DNA of 64,000 bases from Sporopachydermia quercuum (Eukaryota), in the NCBI GenBank assembly GCA_001599295.1, contig BCGN01000008.1, positions 1,054,001-1,118,000 of the forward strand. The letters are read 5' to 3'. Below are positions 23,406-35,087 of the stretch, piece by piece (the first letter of the stretch is position 1; each line of letters opens with the position of its first letter). The notes beneath the pieces are model-generated. The model saw nothing but the letters and a program-made list of their open reading frames with translations. It had not been told where the DNA came from and searched no databases. Made by a program: the position numbers and the translations under genes.

Positions 23406-26131
23406 AAAGTTAATGTATACTAAACTGAGAAGTGAAATATTGATTGGTGATGGTTATTTATAGACTTTGGGCAAGTTTAGGTTACAGTTCAGTTGCTTCA
23501 TGTGCTGAGGAAGTTTGTCTTTGAAGATTGGGCATTGGAAATTAGTTCTATAAATATTATGTCAATATAAATGAGCATATATAATCCCTTCTTAGCATCT
23601 GATATGGGAACGAATCTCCATTCATACTATTATTAGAAAATGAAGAACCAAGAAGAATTAGGTTAGTTTAACTCACAGGTTAAAGTTCTTAGTGCAGTAC
23701 CAAGCTTTTTCAAATTTAAAGTTAGCCCTTAATTTGGTTTTCATTATTCCCAGCAAAATCCAGTAAAATCCAGTAAAATCGTTGATTGTAATTCCACTAA
23801 AGCTTTCTAAATAATGATATGGTTCTCAGTCATGCGAAACAATCGTCATTTTGAAGATCTGTTGTTTTGATACTGCTGATTTACTATTGAAATCCGGTGA
23901 AACTAAAAAAAAGAAAGAAATGGAGTAGTTTTGATCAAAATGTGCTATAAAAGTTTTGTTCTTTGAGGTATTGGCAAAATCTAAATTTAGTTCCTGGAGG
24001 TTGGAGATCAAAGGAATAGTGTTTTCAGAGCGTGTCTCATAAGATTTACTAATACGAAGGAAACCTTAAGCACATAGTCAGGCTTTATATTCTTTGCTGA
24101 AGGGGGGGGGCCCCATGTTTTTAAATAATATATAAAGGAATTACATCATGGGAGAACTGGCGTGCTTTTAGAGACTGAAGAAGATTAATCTTTTATTTTA
24201 ACACGAAGGAAAAAGCTGCTCACGGCTAATTTAAAGTTTCTCTTGGCAATATTTCAGTATATTGACCGACAATATTGATTCAATAATTAATCAATGAGTA
24301 AAGTATCCTGGTAATTTGTTTTGCACTACAAGGATATAAATAATGATTCCATTTGTTATAGAGGGAACTTCAAGTATTATCACTTGGATAAATAGTAGAT
24401 GTTTCATTTTCTGCTGTAGCTAGCATCTCCAACTATCATTCAGACTAAGCCTATAACCCCTATCTTCTCGAATAAAGTTTTCAACTTAAATAAAGATTTG
24501 TTATTTCAACTTTATTTCTTGAACATATCTGATTGCTTACTTATCTATCATTCGACTTCTTTCTGTACCTCTCTAGAATATATTTTTCTAATCAACAGAA
24601 AACCATGTTGATAGTTTGTATGTTTGTGATGTTCTGGAAGAAGTTAGCTCACATGATTTGACCTGAATGGAATAATTGTATCTTATATAGCAGNTGATTC
24701 GAAAAAAGCACACCTTGAGGGAAAAGTATCGATCAAAGAAAATATTTTAATAAATAAAATTAGAAAAAACCGTGTGGTGTTTGCCTTTGTTTGCTTGATT
24801 TCCTAGTAAAGCCTGTAGAAATAGGAAGATTCAAATCACATAAAATTAAAAGAATACGATCCAATGCTCCCTTCCCCAATTTCATTTAATTTCGTAGAAA
24901 TACAGTTCAGCTATATTTATCAAAGTGTATCATTGCCCTTTTTTAATTTTGTTTCTTTTATTCTGTCTACGTCATGGTACGTCTCCGATTAGCTGGACAG
25001 GCATAAAATGATCTAGTGCGATGATATGCAAGTTCCGAGAACGAAACGTTTATTTATTGCTTTCCTGCTTAAAGTTCAAATTTCTTGATCAAAGAAAAGC
25101 AAAAAGTTCTGTTATTTTTTCATTTTTGTATGAACTGAATAATAGAAAGATATGAAGTTAAGTGTATTAAGGCTTTCCATTCAAATAAAACTCCACCGAT
25201 CAACAATAACGCTAGTTAAGACATAATTCTAACTTCCGTAACTTAATACCAATATGATCAGAATTAGTTACTAAATCAGTCAACGTTTTGTAAACTTAGA
25301 AGCAAATTTCGTTTATTTATATAGAAGCTTTTCCTGTTTAATCCTCTTTTGTCGTTGGGATACTGTTTGGAAAAGGCTTAAACTGTTGGAATTGTTTCAA
25401 ATACTGCATGAGAATTAACGCGATTTCTTCTGTTTGATTTACGTGCCCAATTAGGTTTATTTAATTACGTCCAAGCAATTCAACTATTGCTTATCTTGAA
25501 ACCTTAATAGCTCTGACTAGTCCTCTTTGTATGTATCCTCTCCGCTTAGATCTACTTGCCATTGCNTTTCCTTGCCATAATTTCCAAGATTCAGTAATAA
25601 AAATGTCCTTGTCTTCTCTAATATTTCTGTAACTTGCTTTGTCATTTTCCTGTTCACTGTTATCATGGAACTATTTAACAACTTTGTTAAACGTTTTTCG
25701 ACAGAGTCACTGAAGTTGAATGTCCATTTTAGGTTCAGATTAACATTTGAAATTTTGTATAAGCTTTTAGCTTGCGTTATTTCTCAAATTTGCGTGAATT
25801 CACAATTCGAACCTTAAGTGCAAAATAAGATTTGGTGCACAGTTCAAGGGTTCAGTTTTCCTGGCAAAATCTCTTGGCACTTTTTTATTTTCCCTTCCTT
25901 TATAAAATAGTTCTTAATTCCATCAATTCTTCTCTTTAAACATCTTGGCAGTTCTACCTTACAAGGCTGTAGAATTCTTAGAAATCTTAGCATTTTATTT
26001 TCAAACCTACTGAGTCTACTACTTTTTTATTCAACCTTCTTTGTATTATTTTAACAAGGAATATATTCAATCATTCAAATATTCTATGAAGTTATTTGAT
26101 TGAAAATTTTGTTGTTTTCAGTCTTGAAAAA

Positions 26132-27037
26132 ATGTCGACGTCACTTCCACCTATCAGCCAGTTGTTAGGCACTGTTGGTCCACAACCATTGAATAGTGGA
26201 TATGAATTTAATTCATATGGAAATCAATTTCAAGGGTATAATAATTATCCACATGAACATCAGCATGACGTTCAAAGATTACCGGTGATGCTTCCACAGC
26301 CAAGAACTGTTCAGTACTATATTCCACCNGTTCATGCTCATGCTCATTCGCACTTTTCTGGTCCTGCTCCTCAACCAATGCCTGGTTCTGCTATTGCTTC
26401 TATGCCCCTGCAACACTCTGTGTCAGTTCAAATGTTGAATGTTTTCCCTACCAGAAGATTCTCTTCACCTCCCCTTGAATGTCAATCACAATCTCCTATT
26501 TCCTTGAGGTCGTATTCTTCATCTCCTAATGTTCCAACATTGTCATTGCCAGCTGATATAAAAAATGTTGTATTACCTCAACACACCTATAATATGGTGT
26601 ATGCGCCAGTGAAAAGTAATGGTCGTGTTTCCACCTCAACTGTCGGTAGAAAATACAGATGTTTCTGCGCCAGAACTTTTACCACATCTGGGCACTTAGC
26701 TAGACATATGAGAATTCATACTGGTGAAAAAAAGTATGAATGTCCTCATAGTGAATGTACTGCTAGGTTTTCGCGTCAAGACAACTGTATGCAACATTAT
26801 CGTACACATTTCAGCTCAAAGAGTAGAAAGAGAAGAGCTAAGAAGAATGCCAATAACAGTGTTGAAGTGAAGTCTCCAGATCAAGAACTGAGTTCGCCGA
26901 AACAAAGTGAACAGGACAAGGAACAAAGATCTGCTCTAGAAGAAAGCTCGAAGAAGATGAAGGTGTCGAAGCTAATAAATGATGCACGATTAGTGGAAGC
27001 AGCGAATACATTGGTGAATGTTGCAGAGGTTCACTAG
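26132..27037 (+). CDS. NRG1: Nrg1/Nrg2-like C2H2 zinc-finger repressor, 301 aa
   Basis: FTTSGHLARHMRIHTGEK..CP...C..RFSRQDNCMQHYRTH is the Nrg1 signature; N-terminal LPPISQL. Confidence 0.85.
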   Translation: MSTSLPPISQLLGTVGPQPLNSGYEFNSYGNQFQGYNNYPHEHQHDVQRLPVMLPQPRTVQYYIPXVHAHAHSHFSGPAPQPMPGSAIASMPLQHSVSVQMLNVFPTRRFSSPPLECQSQSPISLRSYSSSPNVPTLSLPADIKNVVLPQHTYNMVYAPVKSNGRVSTSTVGRKYRCFCARTFTTSGHLARHMRIHTGEKKYECPHSECTARFSRQDNCMQHYRTHFSSKSRKRRAKKNANNSVEVKSPDQELSSPKQSEQDKEQRSALEESSKKMKVSKLINDARLVEAANTLVNVAEVH

Positions 27038-29549
27038 AATTGACTTCAGTGATTAGCAATCGATTATTTTTATTAATGGGTTAGATGTATGTATGGATGC
27101 AGGTTATATTTATTCTTATTTATTTTGTTTCTATATATAGAGGAATGAATATGGTTTTGGTATGGTTATATTACATTATACTATCGTATTTTAGCATTGT
27201 ACGCTGTATNTTATGTTAGCTCTTTGCGAAAAAATGCTGTAATAGATAAGGCATGAAGGTTTTTATTGTAGACCAGTTGCCACTATGGTTTGGATTGATT
27301 TCACGTCGACAAAGCCACAGTTGATGTAATAGTGATTAATCTCAACCTTTTCTCTTGAAGCATTCCATACCATAGCACCATAACAAAGAGTAGTTTATTA
27401 TGTATTATGAGGAGAATACCAGAGCCAATTTGTCTATTTCTTCATTGGTTAGACGAACTTAATAGAAAAGGGAAAATATAAACCTTAATTACTTACATGT
27501 ATTATAAGAGTTTACATTAACTTTTGCTGTAAAAGCTTGTCATCTATAAAATTAAAGTTAACCAATGAGTTGTCTTGGCAGGGTTCATAGACCTCAGAAT
27601 TATGACTCCAAGGACAACAACAATGGCCGTGATATGACAAGCCCGAGTAAATAGTGCAAAACAAAAACTCAAAAGTTTTATAACAGCCCAGGAATATTCT
27701 ACGTATGAGTAACACTATTTAATGGATTAGTTAGTGGATTTGCTTTGGTTGAAGACCCCCTGGAATCCTGTATATGTTGTAACAGGGGTAGAGCTTGGGT
27801 TGCACGTTATGAAGCTCAGTTGATAACGGTTGTTCGGATGAAAGAAAAGAAATCGCTTACAATTTAGAATGATCTTACTCCCGAGCAATTAAATAGTGGG
27901 CTAGGATATATTTATATTACTCTGTAAGAATCGAATGTCTTGTTTTGGATTCTTGAAGCATAGTTCAGCCGAATGCAGAAAGAAAGTCTGTGAAGACTAG
28001 TTGGTATTGGTGGTAATAAGGCTGATTGAGCTATAATTATTAATCAATTTAATTATTCAATAGTCCTATGACAATGTTGTGATAGAAATTATTAGCTCTT
28101 GTTCCCTTGCAACGCTAATAGAACCACTACAAGTTCAAGCCTCTCCTAAGAACAGAAAATGGGTCTCATTCATATTCAAAGAACCTGTTAAAGCCGTCTG
28201 TCAAAACTTTTCTCTTACTTGGCAATTAACCTTGCCTTTTGAAATCAGTTACGGAGTTTATAGGATATTCTACTATGTTCAGCGAATGACAATTGTTATA
28301 TGTTAGTAGAACAAAAGCTACGTGGTGAAACATAAATTGAAACGTCCACCACTAGGTCAATACTCAATGACAAGCTCTGGTTTTCCACTTATTNTGCAAA
28401 ATGAGAAAAACTTGGTAGCTCTCAGTTTTAGTTATATCTTGAGGGTGTACCGATCTTGCCGTAGGGTCTACCAACATTTTAGCTGTAACTAAAGTTTTAC
28501 CCTTGAATCCTTAAAAGCCGTTCAAAAGTAATAAACTTTTGAACTTTAACCTTTCGGCTATTCACTAAAATCTAACCGGAGTTTTACTTGGCAACGGTTA
28601 TTCAGGGAGCGCCAGAAGGATAAAAGGCATCCAAACAGGCTTAATAGTTAGGTTTCGACTAGTAAAGGTGAATGAATATGGATTTTATTCAATGACACTA
28701 TGTGCTTACTTGCTGAGTTCGCTATGCTGATGCTATGTTGAACCAAATAATGGGTTTGGAGGTCAGGTTGATACTTGCTTTGTTGTACGTACTGTTATAA
28801 GTTGGTAACAAAAGNCTTCTTTATCCCTACTTCAACTGAGCCAATCAGTCTCACGCAAGTAGATCATAAAGTCGATAAATCAATTTGCAGATAATTTTTC
28901 TCACTATTTATAGAGAAAAGCAGGTTCAAGGCTCTTCTTTCCGTGCTCCTCTCAAAGCATAATTTTTTGGAAGCCAATCTACTGTTATTTCCGTTATTTT
29001 TAAGATCTCGGGTATGTCCACTTTTCTTATTCAGCTCAAACAACACAGAATCTATGAAAGGAGACTCAATGTTAAGTCATCTGATTTGGCTAAAACTTCC
29101 ACCTCTTCCCACTATTGCTTTCCTCGTTTCACTTTCTTTATCAGACCACCAAACAGTAAAAGTATCTCCTTATTCAGTAACTGTTGCTGTTCTTGATCAC
29201 TAAATGCAACATATTCTGTAAAAATACGATTATTGTATGCAGGTCATTTATTATTTGTCGCCAGAACTGTTTCAATACTTTACTAGATTCTCACCTCATT
29301 GATTCTTGATGGTTGGTTTGTTTCACTGAATCGTATAGTCAATCGTCGTATCATATTTTTAGAAATGATAATCGCTAAATAGTGCTGATTCTTTCTTTTT
29401 AACTATAAATCCTTGTTTTTCGTAACTTGTTGTTAATTGTTCAGAAAGAAGATTGTTGCTGCGAATTTTATTTTGATATACTTGTCGTGTTATTCATACA
29501 AGCATAACTTGTACATAAGAAAAAAAGAAAAGAATAATCCACTTTAATC

Positions 29550-30500
29550 ATGTCATCTACTGCTACGCCTATTCGTGAGAGAATGGAAGCTCTCATCAGA
29601 CAAAAGCAGAAGGAAATTGTTGCTGGTTTAGAAACTGTCGATACAAAGACATTTCAAGCTGATGAATGGACAAGAGAAGGTGGTGGTGGTGGGATCTCAT
29701 GTGTTATCCAAGAAGGATCAACATTTGAAAAAGGCGGTGTGAACATCTCAATTGTTCATGGTCAGTTACCACCTGCCGCCATTGAACAAATGAGAGCTGA
29801 CCATAAATCAATGCAAAGTGATCTTCCCGATGGCTCAGTACCATTTTACGCTTGTGGATTGTCAATGGTCATCCATCCGTATAATCCTTTTGCTCCAACG
29901 GTTCATTTGAATTATAGATACTTTGAGATTTCCAATCCTGATGGATCAACTCAAGCTTGGTGGTTTGGTGGTGGTTGTGATTTAACTCCTTCATACTTGT
30001 TTGAAGAAGATGCAATTCATTTCCATAAGACTATCAAAGATGCTTGTGACAAGCACGATACTAGTTTTTATCCAAGATTTAAGAAATGGTGTGATGAATA
30101 TTTCTTCATCAAACATAGAGGTGAATCTAGAGGAGTTGGTGGTATTTTCTTTGATGACTTGGATGAAAAATCACCAGAAGAAATCTTGCAATTTGTTGAA
30201 GATTGTTTTGATGCCTTTGTTCCATCTTATGTTCCTCTGGTTGCCAAAAGAAAGGATACACCTTACACCGCTGAGCAAAAAGACTGGCAACAGTTGAGAA
30301 GAGGAAGATATGTTGAGTTCAACTTAATTTATGATAGGGGAACTGCTTTTGGATTAAGGACACCTGGTTCAAGAGTTGAGAGTATTTTGATGTCTTTACC
30401 TCTCACTGCTGGTTGGAAGTATAATCATAATCCTGAAGAAGGAAGCGAAGAAGATAAATTGTTGCAGGTGTTGAAGAAGCCTGTGAACTGGGTAGAATGA
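29550..30500 (+). CDS. HEM13: coproporphyrinogen III oxidase, 316 aa
   Basis: [37 protein letters not shown] and [16 protein letters not shown]. Confidence 0.98.
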   Translation: MSSTATPIRERMEALIRQKQKEIVAGLETVDTKTFQADEWTREGGGGGISCVIQEGSTFEKGGVNISIVHGQLPPAAIEQMRADHKSMQSDLPDGSVPFYACGLSMVIHPYNPFAPTVHLNYRYFEISNPDGSTQAWWFGGGCDLTPSYLFEEDAIHFHKTIKDACDKHDTSFYPRFKKWCDEYFFIKHRGESRGVGGIFFDDLDEKSPEEILQFVEDCFDAFVPSYVPLVAKRKDTPYTAEQKDWQQLRRGRYVEFNLIYDRGTAFGLRTPGSRVESILMSLPLTAGWKYNHNPEEGSEEDKLLQVLKKPVNWVE

Positions 30501-30989
30501 TTGTCTATGACTACTTATGCTCATGATGATGATGGTGATGATCTAATGACAAAAGTTTGTTGATTGTTGTTGATGATAGTATAATTAGTTTAAGAGTATA
30601 AATTTTGTAAATAGCTGAAAATATGATGATATGACTTTACTATATGTTGTTTGTTTCTTGTGTATCTGAGTTATAGAGGTAGTGAACAAGAGAACATCTG
30701 AAAGATTGAATTGGCACTATTCGAGCCTGCTAGTAAATACAGAAAATGAGTCAATTGTTGATTGCTATTGATCACCAACTTCATGGGTTTTAGATCTGTG
30801 GGATTTTAGAGTACATACAAGACAAGGATTGATCTTGTCGTCTGACAATGTTGATTTCTACTTGCTGAATCACTGATAAATTTGAATGCTCTATTAAATA
30901 AATCTATAATACAAAATGTTCCACTCGTTGTCTAACAAACAATATCTCATCTAATAATTCCTTTCCATCCCCTAGTTATATAACCGGTT

Positions 30990-31585
30990 CTAGTTCTCTC
31001 TCCATTGATGACCACATTTCACACACTAATATCTTGTTAGTAACACTAACCTTGAATAGATGCAAATAAGAACAATAGAAGCCTATTTCCAATTCATTGT
31101 AAAGAGTTGTAACATACTTTATAGAACGTCGTCATTGGTTCATCAGCAGATCTAATTTGTAGTTGAAAGAAATATGCCTTGTCACCACCGCAATCTTCAA
31201 CAGGACATTGAGCTGCAGTTTGATCGACATTTTCCCATGCACCTTCACCCCCTAACACATCATCAACTTCTTTTCTTTGCAATTCTTTTCTATCAAACAC
31301 TTCAAATCCTCGGATAGGAAACTCATATGGACATGTTGGACATTCGAACCTATACGCTTCTCCCCCGGTCGACCGAGAGACCTATGGAAAAAGGGTTAGT
31401 ATGACAACTATTTTGAATAATCCACATCAAAATAATTTAACAAGATACCATGCACTGCTATATGAGAAAAAATAATATTATCTTATCATTTCTATCATAG
31501 CCGCTAAAAAAACTATTGATAAGCTAGACTCAATGAGTTGACTTACAAACAACATATTCCCGCATGTTGGACAGAATGTAAGCAT
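30990..31585 (-). CDS. RPC11: RNA polymerase III subunit C11, 112 aa; exons 31585-31547, 31381-31118, 31025-30990
   Basis: MLTFCPTCGNML, CPTCPYEF, KEVDDVLGG and QIRSADEPMTTFYK|CVKCGHQWREN; two phase-0 introns with TACTAAC. Confidence 0.97.
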
Positions 31586-32152
31586 GTTGCTTAATAACTA
31601 ATTTGCAAGAACTAATAGCTCAGCTTTATATTTCAGAGGATGTGTATTGAGTAATCTTGGATAGGTGTACATCAACTGGTATCGAGTCAATCTACCAGGT
31701 AAGGTCGTAATAGATAAGTCAATGAGAAGTTATCAAAAATTTGATTAACTGATAGGAAGTGAAAAATTCACGAATCTAAGCTTTAAAGTTCATGTAGATA
31801 CATGCGCGGTCTTGAAACTCTATAAACTCTATATCCTCTGGCTGAAGAGCGGTTTTCATGATTTTGTATTGTCCAGACCTAAAGGTAAAGAAAACTAAAG
31901 ACAGCTTTCATTCAATCATAATGCTTTATATATAAGGCAAAAGAAGAAAAAATTTCAATTGTTTTNACTCTAAAGTATATTCCTTCTGGGTAGTTATACC
32001 GAGATCACAGCGTTGATCTCAATATGCAATGCCAGTGTATGTCATACTTTTCCTTTTTACCAAGACATTTACGGAAAACGTGACATTTAGGAAGCATTAT
32101 GTTTGGTTTGATCTCAAAATTAGGTTTCTTACACGCTTCCTAAAACAATAGG

Positions 32153-32160
32153 ACGCGAAA
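32153..32160 (+). promoter_or_regulatory. MCB/SCB-like element (ACGCGAAA) upstream of ORC2
   Basis: Motif lies about 200 bp before a replication gene; motif match only. Confidence 0.35.
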
Positions 32161-32351
32161 TTCTTTCCATCATATGTCATAAAAAGATTCAATGGTCCAA
32201 TTGAACATACATCAATATCTAAACAGAAATTATTTTAAACTATTCAAATATAGATTTTCAACAGCCTGATTTTAACCATTTCCATCCCAAAAGCTATCTA
32301 TATGGTGACAATATAGTTTATCTAGTTAGTTCCACCAATTCGACAACCAGA

Positions 32352-33842
32352 ATGACAGCAAATAACCAAACGCCAACTAAACGGTCGCCTCGAAAGACCA
32401 GGAAAGGTAAGACAACTAATAACACGAGTAATAATTCAGATATCGAAATACCTGCCAATAATGAATCGACTACACCGACAAAACAAATGAGCTCCCGATC
32501 TTTCTCTAAGAGATCAGATACTGATCTTGATCGCTCAGCTCGGAAAAGAGCGCGGACAACAGTAATGAATAGGCTTATGGATGATGATCAAGATGACGAG
32601 TTTTTAGACGCAGAAGACGAAAGAATTGCGGAACAAATTATTCAGGAGTCCAAAGGAGAAGCTGTAGTTGACACAGAGAAACTCGAAGAGATTTTGATGG
32701 AAGAACTAGCAGAAAATAAGAACTCATCCGGCATGTTATTTCTTGATGGCCCTGAAGGATATTTTGAACAGCACAGGGCGAGACTGAAGATTTCGGCACA
32801 TACAATGGCCAATGCGCCAAATCTTGACTATGAAGAATTTTCACGGTATAATTTGATGTCAGAGTTATCGCACAAACCTCAAAAAGAAATGCTCCTGTCG
32901 CTTCATCAATCAATGTATCCTCAATGGCTGTTTGAACTCTCGCAAGGATTCAGTCTTTTACTTTATGGAGTGGGGTCCAAATGGAAGCTCACAAATGATT
33001 TCGTTTCCAAATTTGTTGTCGATGGAAAGAAGAAAGTACTATGTGTTAATGGGTATAATCCAGCCACAAATTTCAAAGATATTCTTAACATGACTACCTC
33101 ACAACTATTATCACCAAACGAGATAGCAAGGATAAAGTTACCTCGAAATCCAATAGAAAGATTGCATGCATTGTTGAAATATATGGAAAATGCGAAAGAT
33201 ACAGAAGTGAAAGTTGTGATTACCTGTCATAATATCGATGGTGAATCATTAAGATCAGAAAAAGTTCAGAAACTATTCTGTAGTTTAGTTTCCTTACCAC
33301 AGGTCTGGCTCATTGCTACAGTTGACCATGTATATGCACCTATGACGTGGGATTCTGCAAAAATGGCACAATACAATTTTGTTTGGCACGATGTTACTAC
33401 ATTTGAGCACTACAAGATTGAAACATCCTTTGGAGATTCAATATCTCTGGGTAAGACTGCTACCAAAGTTGGCGTAGAAGGAGTGAAGTACGTTTTGAAC
33501 AGTTTGACGACAAATGCGCGATCATTATATAGAAATTTGGTATCATACCAGATAGAAGTGATGACTGAGGAATTAATGGAGAAAGGTGAAGAAGAAGAAG
33601 AAGAGGATCCTTCTCAAGTTATTGGTACCATTAAGCATGGGGTTGAGTTTCAACGCTTATATCAAATGTGTGTGGAAGAATTCATTGTTAGTAACGAGAT
33701 GAACTTTCGTACAATGCTTGGTGAGTTCATTGAGCATAAAATGGCTGTCAGTACCAAAGATATTACCGGTGTGGAGATTATAATGATACCTTTTGATCTG
33801 GCGTCATTGAATAAGATATTAGAAGAATACTTATTAGAGTAA
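32352..33842 (+). CDS. ORC2: origin recognition complex subunit 2, 496 aa
   Basis: DGPEGYFEQ, QWLFELSQGFSLLLYGVGSK, HNIDG, LIATVDH, YNFVWHDVTTF and VLNSLTTNA. Confidence 0.95.
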   Translation: MTANNQTPTKRSPRKTRKGKTTNNTSNNSDIEIPANNESTTPTKQMSSRSFSKRSDTDLDRSARKRARTTVMNRLMDDDQDDEFLDAEDERIAEQIIQESKGEAVVDTEKLEEILMEELAENKNSSGMLFLDGPEGYFEQHRARLKISAHTMANAPNLDYEEFSRYNLMSELSHKPQKEMLLSLHQSMYPQWLFELSQGFSLLLYGVGSKWKLTNDFVSKFVVDGKKKVLCVNGYNPATNFKDILNMTTSQLLSPNEIARIKLPRNPIERLHALLKYMENAKDTEVKVVITCHNIDGESLRSEKVQKLFCSLVSLPQVWLIATVDHVYAPMTWDSAKMAQYNFVWHDVTTFEHYKIETSFGDSISLGKTATKVGVEGVKYVLNSLTTNARSLYRNLVSYQIEVMTEELMEKGEEEEEEDPSQVIGTIKHGVEFQRLYQMCVEEFIVSNEMNFRTMLGEFIEHKMAVSTKDITGVEIIMIPFDLASLNKILEEYLLE

Positions 33843-35087
33843 TGGGATAGGTTCCAATGAGATTATACTGCAACTGAAAGTGCGGGTACATTTGCAAAGG
33901 ACAGAAAGGGAAAATATAATAATGAACTGTGTATTAATAGAGATTTTAATGATAATAAGAAGAATAATCTATGAAACAAAGAATTGCTTGAATTGTTTGC
34001 TTTCACTTTCCATTTTTAATAGTTGAATAATTCTGATTTTGGGGATAAGGTTTCTGTCGCAGTAATTAAGTTCTAATTTTAAACATTGACTCGGCAAAAA
34101 CATGATTAAAGTTTGCGCAATTGATTTCTGTTCCAATTATTTGAGAAATTAAAGAGCTCATAATTATTCTTAATTTCCCCTTCCAAAATGTAGTGAAATA
34201 GCTTAGAGATTAGAAAACCAGTATTACCATCACTATAGCATTTCATATCTAACCCTTCAAGCATTTCAACCAATAAATAAATCCAATACCTTGAATTCCG
34301 AAATCTTACTTACCCCTTCAAAGTTCTCCTAATTATGCAGGTTACTACATGAAATGAAATAAGAAGTTTTACTAGTTTGTGATGTACTTTTTTCTTGTCC
34401 TTCACTAGTTCGCCAATCTCTAATTATAAAACTTAATTATTCAAATGAAAACACAGTATTAATTGAAAAATTGAAGAGATTTCATTTCTATCTAAGCATT
34501 TATATTCACTTTCACAAATAAGCAGCAATTGTAGACATGTGTTGATTCATCATTTACTTGATCTATGTCAAGAATAAACTCAAAACCTTATGCTTTCAAT
34601 CGTAATCTTAAATAAGGTTCCTTGACCTGCATCTCTCTACATTAACATACAACTCACCAGCTTGTATCACTTCAATTTTTCCTTTTAGCTCAATTTCGAC
34701 AGTCCCATAGGATGGAAAACCTACCATGTAATCAATCACATCCGTTGGTTACTTCAACATTGGAATAATCATCATTTATTACACTTTGAAGCTCTTTTTT
34801 GTATTTAAGAAGATTAACCAATATCTTTTCAGCCTACCAGTTGTTGTGTAATAACATTCGTTATCACCAATTCCCATTACATAGTAGTACATAGTGTTAT
34901 TTTTAGCAGGACAGCGTGATCGGAGCTATCGAAACTCCAGATTACCAACTAGCCATTGATTTCATCAACAGGAGAACCATTGAATTTGGAAGCGCAGCAG
35001 TTTGTATTCAACGAAATATTGTAAAGAGTGACACAGTGTTTCGATCCTTTTAATCCAATTCCTAATCTTCATTTACCTTTATCAACA

